A stretch of 64,000 nucleotides of DNA from Alphaproteobacteria bacterium (GTDB lineage: Bacteria > Pseudomonadota > Alphaproteobacteria > Rhodobacterales > Rhodobacteraceae): contig JAUHXK010000008.1 in NCBI GenBank assembly GCA_030427405.1, forward strand, positions 181,645 through 245,644. Reading direction: 5' to 3'. The position numbers and the translations under genes are program-made. The notes beneath the pieces are model-generated. The model was not told where the DNA came from. It did not search any database and saw only the letters and a program-made list of their open reading frames with translations. Each line of letters starts with the position of its first letter. Position 1 is the stretch's first letter. Positions 53,387-62,060 of the stretch are shown piece by piece.

Positions 53387-54553
53387 TCATTTTGCCGGAG
53401 GATAAATGGCAACCCCCGTCAGGGTCTGGTTCACATGCAGCGAATTATACTGCTCTCCGTAGGTCGAGAACCCCACCACATGGTTCTTGGCCAGCACCTT
53501 GGACAACGCGCCGGTCATCTGTTTTTCCTGGGCTTCCAGCCGTCGCAGAAGACAGTCGCAACCCAAAATGGTGTCGGGCTGCATTTCGGCCGTCAGAACC
53601 GAGATTTCCTGTTCCAGATGCCGCACCATGTCCAGCGGTTCCGCCAACGTCAGGACCAGGCCTTCGTCGATTGCGGAAAAGAACACCAGGTCGCCATTGC
53701 CCGCGACCCGCTGGATCGCACGCACGTGATGCTGTCCGCCGATCTGGACAACGACCGGATGCGCGGCAAAGGTAAACGCGGTCAGTTGCTCGGGGTCTTT
53801 GCCCAGAATGCGCGCATATTCGCGCGCCGCTGGCTCTGCGTTGATTTCGCGCACGACCCGGCGCGCCGGGTCCGCATCCGTGACGACCATGCGCTGTGCG
53901 CTTGGCACCAGGTGGTCCGATTTGAACACCTTGATCGGGCAGTTTGTGCGCACCTGGGTCAGGATGGCTGCATTTTCAAGCGCCTTGCCTTCGTGCAGGA
54001 CAAAGGTATGCCCAAAGGCCGTTCCGTCCCCCGCTGATCCGCCAAACAGCGGAACCGGCCCCAGCCCGACCGCCAGTTCCGATGTCAGATTGTCCTCTTT
54101 GGTCGACAACCCGTCGATCATCAGAAAGGTGAATTCGTGATGCCAATCCGGTTGCGCCAACATCATGGCGTTTCGGTTCCGGATCATCTCATCAATGATG
54201 TGCTGCGCATTGAACCTGTCGAGATCGGGCACCAACACCACGCGCGTCTGGAAATGCGACTGCGGGAACCCGATGGCGACAATCTGATCTTCGCTATAGC
54301 CTTCGTCAGCCAGTTCGCCAGCCGTGGTACAGCCGACGACCTGCGTGGGTGCAAAGGCGGCTTCGGCCTCGGCGATAACCGCGGCGGCATCAGCGTTTGC
54401 GCTGACGAACAAAATGACAAGCGCCAGCTTGTCTTCGCCCAGCAACTGGACGATCTCTTTCACCGGTTCATCCGAGTCGTATCGGGCGAACGCGGTTTTT
54501 ACGATGCCTGGCGCTCGGGCGCAGGCTGATGCCCACCCGGCAGCTTGGTTCAT
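53387..54553 (-). CDS. FIST-domain sensor (NosP-like)
   Basis: VVGCTTAGE, IDGLS, LFGGSAGDG and GFSTYGEQ. Confidence 0.9.
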   Translation of the reverse strand: MNQAAGWASACARAPGIVKTAFARYDSDEPVKEIVQLLGEDKLALVILFVSANADAAAVIAEAEAAFAPTQVVGCTTAGELADEGYSEDQIVAIGFPQSHFQTRVVLVPDLDRFNAQHIIDEMIRNRNAMMLAQPDWHHEFTFLMIDGLSTKEDNLTSELAVGLGPVPLFGGSAGDGTAFGHTFVLHEGKALENAAILTQVRTNCPIKVFKSDHLVPSAQRMVVTDADPARRVVREINAEPAAREYARILGKDPEQLTAFTFAAHPVVVQIGGQHHVRAIQRVAGNGDLVFFSAIDEGLVLTLAEPLDMVRHLEQEISVLTAEMQPDTILGCDCLLRRLEAQEKQMTGALSKVLAKNHVVGFSTYGEQYNSLHVNQTLTGVAIYPPAK

Positions 54554-54598
54554 CGTGCCTCCTCCCTAAAAGCGCGACGATCTCAGAAACCTTGCAGA

Positions 54599-55282
54599 TT
54601 AGCCGTGCTCTTGCAAGACGCTGGCAAAGGACGCCTTCTTTGCGATCAGCACCGCCTGGGTGCGGCTTTGCACGCCCAGCTTGCGCATGATGGCCGTAAC
54701 ATGCGCCTTTACAGTGGTTTCCGCAATCGACAGGTCAAACGCGATCTGCTTGTTCAGCTTTCCTTCGCAGATCAGGTGCAAAATACGAGCTTGCTGATTG
54801 GTCAACGTGCCCAGTCGGCTGACGGCGTCGCTTTGTTCATCCGTATCATCGGCGTCCAGCAGAACGCATCCCTCGGGCAGGAATGTCCTGCCGTGGGTCA
54901 AAGCCTCGAACGCGGTGCGAAACACGTCCCTTTGGCTGTGTTTGGGAACATACCCGGATGCCCCCGCATGTATGACCTGGCTGATGACCCGGTTGTCCGA
55001 CAGTGACGACACCACGATCACCGGTGCGTCTGCCGCCGACTTGAGGCGCACCAACCCGTCCAGCCCATCCACATCTGGCAGGTTCAGGTCCAGCATGACC
55101 GCGTCAGGCTTTAACCCATTGGCAATCAGGCCAAGCGCAGCTTCAAGCCGATCTGCGGTATGCACCTCTCCGATTTGGGCGACCGACTGCAATGTCATGG
55201 ACAGCGCATCGCAAAACAGCGGGTGATCATCCACGATCAGAACGTTTTCGAAATCCACGTCGTCAACCTTGTTCGCAAGCAT
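54599..55282 (-). CDS. NarL/FixJ-family response regulator (ErbR/AgmR-like)
   Basis: VDDHPLF and LDLNLP receiver; LuxR HTH NKQIAFDLSIAETTVKAHV. Confidence 0.92.
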   Translation of the reverse strand: MLANKVDDVDFENVLIVDDHPLFCDALSMTLQSVAQIGEVHTADRLEAALGLIANGLKPDAVMLDLNLPDVDGLDGLVRLKSAADAPVIVVSSLSDNRVISQVIHAGASGYVPKHSQRDVFRTAFEALTHGRTFLPEGCVLLDADDTDEQSDAVSRLGTLTNQQARILHLICEGKLNKQIAFDLSIAETTVKAHVTAIMRKLGVQSRTQAVLIAKKASFASVLQEHG

Positions 55283-55374
55283 AGGTCCGGCCTTTGCAAT
55301 CCAATCGTACCGTTCCAGGAAAGCCTAGCAAGCCATCAGGGGCAGGCCAACTGTCGGAAAGTCGTATAACGACA

Positions 55375-55400
55375 AACGCGCCCGGCTATGCGGGCGCGTT
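55375..55400 (-). terminator. Intrinsic terminator after the PQQ dehydrogenase gene
   Basis: AACGCGCCCG-GCTATG-CGGGCGCGTT, perfect 10-bp inverted repeat. Confidence 0.7.
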
Positions 55401-55423
55401 CTGGGTTGGTATCAGCTTTAGGC

Positions 55424-57190
55424 TTAGTTGGCCGAGGCCAGTTCCTTGGGCAGTTTAAACGTCCACAAGGTGCCACCCTGGTTGAGATAGTTGACCTTCT
55501 TGGCCACCTCGCCGCCCCACAGCGGGACCGCGCCACCCCAGCCCGAGATGATCGAGACATATTGCTCGCCATCCTGTTCCCAGGTCACGGGCTGTCCGAC
55601 GATGCCCGAGCCGGTCTGGAACGACCACAGCTTTTCGCCGGTTTCGTCATCCAGCGCGATGAACTCGCCCTCTGGCGTGCCAAAGAACACCAGCCCACCG
55701 GCCGTGGTCATCACACCCGACCAAAGCGGAGCATCGTTCTTGAATTCCCACTTCCATTCGCCGGTATCGGGATCAATCGCCTTGAGCGATCCGATATGGT
55801 CTTCGTAGTTCGGCTTGATGGTAAAGCCAGCACCCAGATAGGCCGCACCTTTCTTATAGGTGATCGGCTCGTTCCAGATATCCATGCCCCATTCGTTGGT
55901 GGGAACATAGAAATTGCCGGTCCGCTGCGAGAACGCCATCGGCATCCAGTTCTTGCCACCCAGGAAGGACGGCGACGCAAACACGACCTCGCCCTTGTTT
56001 CCGTCAGCCGCAGCCGAGGGATTGCCCGGGCGGTTGCCCTCGACAAATATCGGACGGCCCGTGTCGTCGATGCCATCAGCCCATGTGATGTCCTTGACGA
56101 AGGGGTTGGCGGAAACAAACGCGCCATCTTCGCGATTGAGGACGTAGAAATAGCCGTTACGGTCCGCGGTGGCATAACGTTTGTTACCCTCGCGGTCGGT
56201 ATAGGCCACGACCTCGTTCACGCCGTCATAATCCCACCCTTCGCGGGGGGTCGTCTGGTAATGCCACTTGATATCGCCGGTTTTCGGGTCGATCCCGATG
56301 CGGCTGGCCGCATAGAGGTTGTCGCCTTTGTTGCCCTCGGTCGGCTCGCCCGCGTCGCGCAGCCACGAGTTCCAAGGCGCAGGGTTGCCCGCCCCAAAGA
56401 TCAGCGTGTCGGTATCGGCGTCATACGAGCCGCCCAGCCAGGTCGCGCCGCCGCCGGTTTTCCACATGTCACCGGGCCAGGTCGCGTTCAACTCGCCGGT
56501 CATGGTGCTTTCTTCGCCGTTCAGCGTGCCCATATGGCCTTCGATCACCGGACGGGTCCAGACAATGTCACCCGTATTGGCATCGCGCGCCTGAACCTCG
56601 CCAACAATCCCGAATTCACCGCCCGAATTGCCAGTGATGATCAGCCCATCGACGATCAGCGGTGCCGCAGTATAGGAATAGCCCGCCTTGTAGTCAGCGA
56701 TCTTGTCACGCCAGACCACGTCGCCCGTTTTCATGTCCAGCGCCACGATGCGCGCATCCAGCGTGCCAAAGAAAATCTTGTCGCCATAAATGGCCGCACC
56801 GCGGTTCACCACGTCACAGCACGGCAGGATCCCTTCGGGCAGGCGGGCGTCGTATTGCCAGACCTCCTTGCCGGTCGCCAGGTCGATTGCGTAAAGCCGC
56901 GAATAGGACCCGGTGATATACATCATCCCGTCATAAATCAGCGGCTGCGTTTCCTGGCCGCGCTGCTTTTCGCCCCCCAGGCTGAAAGCCCAGGCCGGCA
57001 GCAGGTTTTTCACGTTGTCTTTGTTGAGCGTCTCCAGCGGGCTATAACGCTGAAGGTGGCGGCCCATACCGTTTGTCACAACCTGGGTCGTGATCGTTTG
57101 GTCATTGGCCAGATCGTCCTCGGTAACTTCTGCGGAAGCGGTGCCTGCAACTAAAACGCTTGCGACCGCAGCCATGATAAACCGGCTCAT
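55424..57190 (-). CDS. pedH: PQQ-dependent alcohol dehydrogenase, type I, predicted lanthanide-dependent (PedH/ExaF-like)
   Basis: Signal peptide; [15 protein letters not shown] vicinal disulfide, SGGEFG and WDYDGVNE (56213-56236). Confidence 0.85.
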   Translation of the reverse strand: MSRFIMAAVASVLVAGTASAEVTEDDLANDQTITTQVVTNGMGRHLQRYSPLETLNKDNVKNLLPAWAFSLGGEKQRGQETQPLIYDGMMYITGSYSRLYAIDLATGKEVWQYDARLPEGILPCCDVVNRGAAIYGDKIFFGTLDARIVALDMKTGDVVWRDKIADYKAGYSYTAAPLIVDGLIITGNSGGEFGIVGEVQARDANTGDIVWTRPVIEGHMGTLNGEESTMTGELNATWPGDMWKTGGGATWLGGSYDADTDTLIFGAGNPAPWNSWLRDAGEPTEGNKGDNLYAASRIGIDPKTGDIKWHYQTTPREGWDYDGVNEVVAYTDREGNKRYATADRNGYFYVLNREDGAFVSANPFVKDITWADGIDDTGRPIFVEGNRPGNPSAAADGNKGEVVFASPSFLGGKNWMPMAFSQRTGNFYVPTNEWGMDIWNEPITYKKGAAYLGAGFTIKPNYEDHIGSLKAIDPDTGEWKWEFKNDAPLWSGVMTTAGGLVFFGTPEGEFIALDDETGEKLWSFQTGSGIVGQPVTWEQDGEQYVSIISGWGGAVPLWGGEVAKKVNYLNQGGTLWTFKLPKELASAN

Positions 57191-57295
57191 CGGTATCCTC
57201 CCTAGACTTTTGTCTTTCCTCCATGCCGAATCTCCGACACTTCGGGATTATTGGCGCGATCATTATTTCCAGACCGCCTTTGTCACGAAATTGCA

Positions 57296-57307
57296 CAATG
57301 GTCGTAG
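57296..57307 (-). promoter_or_regulatory. Putative response-regulator box upstream of the dehydrogenase gene
   Basis: + strand CAATGGTCGTAG. Confidence 0.6.
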
Positions 57308-57368
57308 GGGGAATTCGGCGCATCCGGCCTAGGCTCGACAGGGTTCAAATTCCCTGACCGAGGACACC

Positions 57369-57929
57369 ATGCAGCGCACATTCCGGATAGTGTTTCTGGC
57401 CCTTCTCGGCACTTGCACCGGGGCCTTGGCAGACCCGTTTTCGGGACAGAAAGAAATCACACTCAGGGCCGTAGACGGCACCGAGATCACCATAGGCCAC
57501 GTTACATTTCACGCCGATCCCGCAACCGGAACAGCCACCTATGACCTTGATTTGTCAAGGGATGTCTTTGCACAGCATTTCCTGTCGATGCGCCCGTTCC
57601 GATGCCTAGAGGGGCCGCGGCAACATTGGTGCCACCTGCCCTATCCCTATGACATCGACCGGCGGGTCTCTGACGATGAACTGACCGATCTGGAATACGA
57701 CCTGCTGTTTGTACACAAAGGCGCCACCGACTATGGGATCGACATGTGGAACGGGTTGTATTTCAAGCTGAGCGTCGAGGGCGACCAGCTTTCAGGACAC
57801 CTTTTCGAGGTTGATATGGGCCTGTTGGCAATCCCACCAGCACCGGGGACGCGCAGGCCGATTGGGCGGGCGGATATCCACGAAACCGACCCCGACGCCC
57901 ATTGGCTGCCGGAAATCATCATCCGCTGA
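57369..57929 (+). CDS. Secreted hypothetical protein divergent from the dehydrogenase gene
   Basis: Signal peptide (..GALA-D); GAGG upstream; C-x8-C pair; acidic segment SDDELTDLEYD. Confidence 0.8.
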   Translation: MQRTFRIVFLALLGTCTGALADPFSGQKEITLRAVDGTEITIGHVTFHADPATGTATYDLDLSRDVFAQHFLSMRPFRCLEGPRQHWCHLPYPYDIDRRVSDDELTDLEYDLLFVHKGATDYGIDMWNGLYFKLSVEGDQLSGHLFEVDMGLLAIPPAPGTRRPIGRADIHETDPDAHWLPEIIIR

Positions 57930-57947
57930 TCCGACCACCTCGGCGGG

Positions 57948-58343
57948 TTATTTGCCCGAGATACTTCCCAGATACGCCAGGATGAAATCCTGAACGGTGC
58001 GATCTTCGATGCCAACATGGCGCATCTTGGTTCCGGGCATGAAACCGTCGTTATCCTCCATCCAGGCGCGCAGGGCAGCCGGGGTCCAGACAATACCCGA
58101 GTTTTTCAAGGCTGAAGAATATTCATATCCAGGAACGGTCCCGGCCTGCCGCCCGACAATATTGTCCAGTTGCGGACCATAGCTGGGGTCTGTCGGGTCC
58201 GGCGCGTGACAGCGCCTGCATTCGGAAAAGAACAGTGTCTCGCCCGCGTCGACCTTGATCCTGTCATAAGTGGATTGCGCACTGGCCGGAACCGTCCCGA
58301 CCGTCAGAAATGCCATGCCTAATGCAAGTGCGACCTGTTTCAT
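57948..58343 (-). CDS. Class I cytochrome c (c2-like)
   Basis: Signal peptide, CRRCH, GPQL..IVGR.AG and PGTKM. Confidence 0.9.
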   Translation of the reverse strand: MKQVALALGMAFLTVGTVPASAQSTYDRIKVDAGETLFFSECRRCHAPDPTDPSYGPQLDNIVGRQAGTVPGYEYSSALKNSGIVWTPAALRAWMEDNDGFMPGTKMRHVGIEDRTVQDFILAYLGSISGK

Positions 58344-58395
58344 CTGAGCCTCCTTAGATTTGCCCAAGTGTACCTTGGGCGCAGGCGGCAAAAGC

Positions 58396-58409
58396 TTGAC
58401 GCAGGTCAA
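58396..58409. promoter_or_regulatory. FNR/CRP-family-type site
   Basis: TTGAC-GCAG-GTCAA with perfect arms, 53 nt upstream of the cytochrome c ATG. Confidence 0.55.
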
Positions 58410-58433
58410 TAAAACAGGGGCAAACCCATCATC

Positions 58434-58445
58434 CTTTAGTCGTAG
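58434..58445 (-). promoter_or_regulatory. Putative response-regulator box upstream of the cytochrome c gene
   Basis: + strand CTTTAGTCGTAG. Confidence 0.6.
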
Positions 58446-58488
58446 AATCGGGCAAATTCCGGTGATTCAGACACCCAAAGTGCGGCTT

Positions 58489-59037
58489 TCAGAACAATGG
58501 CGCGTATTTCCAGTTATCCGCATCCGGCGTCACTTCGTCCAAATCATACCCCGCGCCTTGCAGGCGTTTGGCAATCTTCAAACCGTTCCGGGCGGCCTCA
58601 TCGACATAGGCGCGACCCAGATCCTCGTTTCGCGCCACGCCGTGCCCCCGCATGAGGTCCAGCCCGTAATTGAACTTGCCAACCGGATCGCCAAGATCGG
58701 CGGCCCGCTTATCCCACCGGGCCGCAGCATCCGGGTTATAGTCACCGCCCAGAGCGTTGTTGTCCAGCTGGCTCATCCAAGTCATGGCGCCGGTATACCC
58801 GGCCTCGGCGCAGGCTTCGAACAAGGCGCGCGCCATTTCGTGCCTGCCGGACTTGGTGATGTAATACCCCGTGGCACAGGTCGGCATGTCGATCACACCG
58901 TTTTCGATATTGCTCAGGACGCGGCCAAACCCCGTGTCCTGAGGGTTCAGCGTACCGTGTTCATCTTCGACGGTTTGCGCCAGGGCCGCCATCGGCAAAT
59001 ACGCCCCAACAAGACAGGCAACAGCAATGCGAAACAT
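58489..59037 (-). CDS. Secreted Sel1/TPR-repeat protein
   Basis: Signal peptide; ALFEACAEAG, AARWDKRAADLG, FNYGLDLMRGHG and AYVDEAARNG; AGGAGG upstream. Confidence 0.8.
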   Translation of the reverse strand: MFRIAVACLVGAYLPMAALAQTVEDEHGTLNPQDTGFGRVLSNIENGVIDMPTCATGYYITKSGRHEMARALFEACAEAGYTGAMTWMSQLDNNALGGDYNPDAAARWDKRAADLGDPVGKFNYGLDLMRGHGVARNEDLGRAYVDEAARNGLKIAKRLQGAGYDLDEVTPDADNWKYAPLF

Positions 59038-59093
59038 GGGGGTCCTCCTGTTTTTGGGCAAAATACACCAGGTCTCCGTCGGTTTCACGCCTG

Positions 59094-59105
59094 CTATGGT
59101 CGTAG
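59094..59105 (-). promoter_or_regulatory. Putative response-regulator box upstream of the Sel1 gene
   Basis: + strand CTATGGTCGTAG. Confidence 0.6.
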
Positions 59106-59117
59106 AAAGGGTCACCT

Positions 59118-59903
59118 CTACTGACGCTTCATGCCTCGCGCCGGGTCATAACCCCACAAAGCGGCACCCGCAAAGACAAGCCCTGCCAGCATTGTCCAGA
59201 ACAAGGCCATCGCGTTGAACTGCCCGTAAAGGGCAAAGCGGATCAATTCGACCGCATGGGTGAACGGATTGATCGCGCAGATATCGCGCAGAAGCGCCGA
59301 ACTTTCAGCCATTTTCCAAAGCGGGTACAGCGCGGATGACAGGAAAAACATCGGGAAGATGACAAAGTTCATCACGCCGGCGAAATTCTCAAGCTGACGA
59401 ATGGCGGACGACAGCGCAAGGCCAAGCGCCCCGAGCATCAGGCCGCTGACCAGCAGCGCAGGCAGAACCAGCACATAGCCCTGCCAGGGCATGTCGATAC
59501 CATAAAGTGCGGCAACCGCCAGAAACGTATACACTTGCAGAACAGAAATCGCGGTGCTGGCGAACAGCCTGCAAAACAGCAGCCACCACCGCGGCAGCGG
59601 GCTGGTCAGCAACAGGCGCATCGACCCCATCTCACGGTCATAAACCAAGCTAAGAGAGCTTTGCATGCCGTTGAAAAGAATGATCATTCCGCACAGGCCG
59701 GGAACAATGTAAATCTCGTAGGTGATATAGGTCTGATATGGCGGCGTAATCGACAGACCCAGCGCGGCGCGAAACCCTGCGGCGAATACCACCAGCCAGA
59801 CCAGCGGGCGGATCAGCGCCGCAATGAACCGGCTGCGCTGGCGGACAAAGCGCAGCCCCTCGCGAATGGTGATGGCCTGCAATGCGACCAGTGCGGGCGT
59901 CAT
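59118..59903 (-). CDS. ABC-2 type permease of the PQQ-dehydrogenase-associated system (PedC-like)
   Basis: YIVPGLCGM, DREMGSMR and FFLSSALYPLW. Confidence 0.88.
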   Translation of the reverse strand: MTPALVALQAITIREGLRFVRQRSRFIAALIRPLVWLVVFAAGFRAALGLSITPPYQTYITYEIYIVPGLCGMIILFNGMQSSLSLVYDREMGSMRLLLTSPLPRWWLLFCRLFASTAISVLQVYTFLAVAALYGIDMPWQGYVLVLPALLVSGLMLGALGLALSSAIRQLENFAGVMNFVIFPMFFLSSALYPLWKMAESSALLRDICAINPFTHAVELIRFALYGQFNAMALFWTMLAGLVFAGAALWGYDPARGMKRQ

Positions 59904-60619
59904 GCGGTTTCACCGGTCATGGTCAGAAACACATCCTGCAGCGGCTGGCCTGCGGTCAGTGCGCTGCATTGCGCCTGTTTCAAAAGCCTGCCGCGATGCA
60001 GGACGGCGACTTGGTCGTCCGGGGCGATTTCATCCGTCAGATGGGTGGCCCACAAAACCGTCATGCCGTCCTGCCGGGACAGGTCGTGGACATGGTGCGT
60101 AATCGCCTTGCGCGATGCGGCGTCCAGCCCCACCGTGGGTTCATCCAACAACAGGACCGAGGGGGCGTGGATCAGGCAGCGCGCGATTTCCAGCCGCCTG
60201 CGATGCCCCCCGTTCAGGTCCCGCGCCCGCTCTGCCGCGCGCTCCGCCATGTCCAGCCGTTCCAGCGCGGCCGTGATCCTGTCCTGCGCCAACCGGCCCG
60301 ACAGACCGTGCAGGGCTGCGAAATAGGACAGGTTGCGCTGAACGCTCAGGTCCAGATCCAGAGTGGGCTGCTGAAACACCACACCGATCTGCGCAAGCGC
60401 CTTTCTGGGCGAGCGCGCCAGGTTGTGCCCGGCGATCTCGATCTCTCCTTCAGAGGTCGTGAACAGCCGCGTCATCAGCGAAAACAGGGTGGACTTACCT
60501 GCCCCGTTCGGGCCCAGCAAAGCGCAAAACGCACCCTGCGGGACGTGAAAGCTCACATCATCCAGGGCGCGTTTCGAGCCGTAGCTATAGCTGACGTTGC
60601 GGACTGCAAGCCCGGTCAC
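59900..60619 (-). CDS. ABC ATP-binding protein (PedB-like)
   Basis: GPNGAGKS, LNGGHRRR, LLDEP and ATH; GTG start. Confidence 0.92.
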   Translation of the reverse strand: MTGLAVRNVSYSYGSKRALDDVSFHVPQGAFCALLGPNGAGKSTLFSLMTRLFTTSEGEIEIAGHNLARSPRKALAQIGVVFQQPTLDLDLSVQRNLSYFAALHGLSGRLAQDRITAALERLDMAERAAERARDLNGGHRRRLEIARCLIHAPSVLLLDEPTVGLDAASRKAITHHVHDLSRQDGMTVLWATHLTDEIAPDDQVAVLHRGRLLKQAQCSALTAGQPLQDVFLTMTGETA

Positions 60620-61071
60620 TTGATGGTAATCTCCAATCTCTGCGTTTCCCCGGTGCTGCCGGGAACCTTCAGATAATAGCTGCCGGGCTTGATCGCGACA
60701 AAGCCTATTTCCATTTCGCCCGCCTCGTCGAATTCGATGGAATCCAGACCCAGTGGCCGAACTTCCAACCCTTCGACGACAATCTCGTCAATCCAGATGG
60801 CGCGGAAAAACTCGGGCCCGACTATGGCAAGCTCCTGACTGCCGTCACCCTGGATCTCGAACTCGTAATAGGTTCCTGATTTCAGCTCCCAGGGCGCGTC
60901 TGACAAGGGCATGCCAGCAGACAGGATCACCGGCGGAAGGTCCTCTTTGTTGCCCGCAGACAATAGCCCGGCCAACCCGAACCCGTCGTCGTCATCGTCG
61001 TCATTGTCCGCCAGCGATGCCGCAGGGAGTGCAAGCGCCAGCATCGCGGCCACGGCCACCAGTTTTCTCAT
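60616..61071 (-). CDS. Secreted protein with N-terminal poly-Asp tract and a possible cupredoxin-like beta domain
   Basis: Signal peptide then DNDDDDDDG; ELKSGTYYEFEI and FVAIKPGSYYL; AAGGAG upstream. Confidence 0.8.
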   Translation of the reverse strand: MRKLVAVAAMLALALPAASLADNDDDDDDGFGLAGLLSAGNKEDLPPVILSAGMPLSDAPWELKSGTYYEFEIQGDGSQELAIVGPEFFRAIWIDEIVVEGLEVRPLGLDSIEFDEAGEMEIGFVAIKPGSYYLKVPGSTGETQRLEITIK

Positions 61072-61092
61072 GATCAAATCTCCTTGATAAGT

Positions 61093-62055
61093 TCAGTCCG
61101 TCGGTCGGAAGGCAGCGCCCCAGGGGAACCGCCCGACCTTTATGGTCTTGATTGGCTCGCGTGCGGCGACATCAATCACCGTCACGTCGCCCGATACGCC
61201 GTTGGTCGTAAACAACAGCGATTTGTCCGAATTGAAATCCATGTGCCAGACACGCCGACCGACAAGGATGTAATCCTCGACCTCATAGGTTTCGGCATCC
61301 ACGGCGGCGACGTGGTTCGACGGGCCCAAGGCAACAAATGCCGTCTTGTCCCCGTCAGACAGTTCAAACCCCACGGGCTGAACCCGGTCAGGGTGCACGC
61401 CTTCGACCTCGAACGATATCTTTGCCTTTTCGGTCTGTGTTTCCACGTCGAACACGGTGATGGTGCCGCCGATCTCGGAACTCACCCACAATTCGGTTCC
61501 GTCCTTCACGAATTCTGCATGACGGGGCCGGGAATCGACCAGTGTGTTGGCAAACAGCTCTTGGGATTCGGTGTCTATCCAGTGGGCCATGTTGGTGGTT
61601 TCGGATGTGGTGATCGCAATTTTCCCATCCGGGGAAACGGCCATGCCCTCTGGTTCGATCCCGACATCGATCTGCGCGATGACCTGACGGGATTGGGTGT
61701 CCACCACAGTCGTGATCGCATCGTCTTCGTTGGCGATGTAAAGATGCCGGTCATTGGGGTGCAGGACGAATTGTTCGGGGTCTTCGCCCGAGGGAAGATC
61801 GTGCAGGATTTTGCCGGTTTCCGGGTCCATGACCTGAACCGCGTCGCTATCGGACGCGCAGATATACAGAACGGAATAATCCTTGGAAAAGGTGATCCCG
61901 CGCGGTCGTTCGCCCGTGTCATATGTCTTGATGACCTCAAGCGTTTCGATGTCGATAACGCTGACCGTGTCGTCCTTTTCATTCGATATCCATATCTCAT
62001 CAGCCGCTGCGGTCGTACAAAAGAACCCAAGCGCGAGTGTCGCGATTTTCCTCAT
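61093..62055 (-). CDS. YVTN-family beta-propeller associated with PQQ-dehydrogenase systems
   Basis: Repeats SNEKDDTVSVID, GERPRG, GEDPE, GIEPEG and GRFPWG. Confidence 0.88.
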   Translation of the reverse strand: MRKIATLALGFFCTTAAADEIWISNEKDDTVSVIDIETLEVIKTYDTGERPRGITFSKDYSVLYICASDSDAVQVMDPETGKILHDLPSGEDPEQFVLHPNDRHLYIANEDDAITTVVDTQSRQVIAQIDVGIEPEGMAVSPDGKIAITTSETTNMAHWIDTESQELFANTLVDSRPRHAEFVKDGTELWVSSEIGGTITVFDVETQTEKAKISFEVEGVHPDRVQPVGFELSDGDKTAFVALGPSNHVAAVDAETYEVEDYILVGRRVWHMDFNSDKSLLFTTNGVSGDVTVIDVAAREPIKTIKVGRFPWGAAFRPTD

Positions 62056-62060
62056 TACCT

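Noticed and set aside
55388-57154. 588-aa + strand ORF the same length as the dehydrogenase
   Set aside because: In-register antisense shadow with no recognisable domain.
62005-62018. GGTCGTAC inside the YVTN gene as another regulator box
   Set aside because: Coding location, and it lacks the CWWT prefix.
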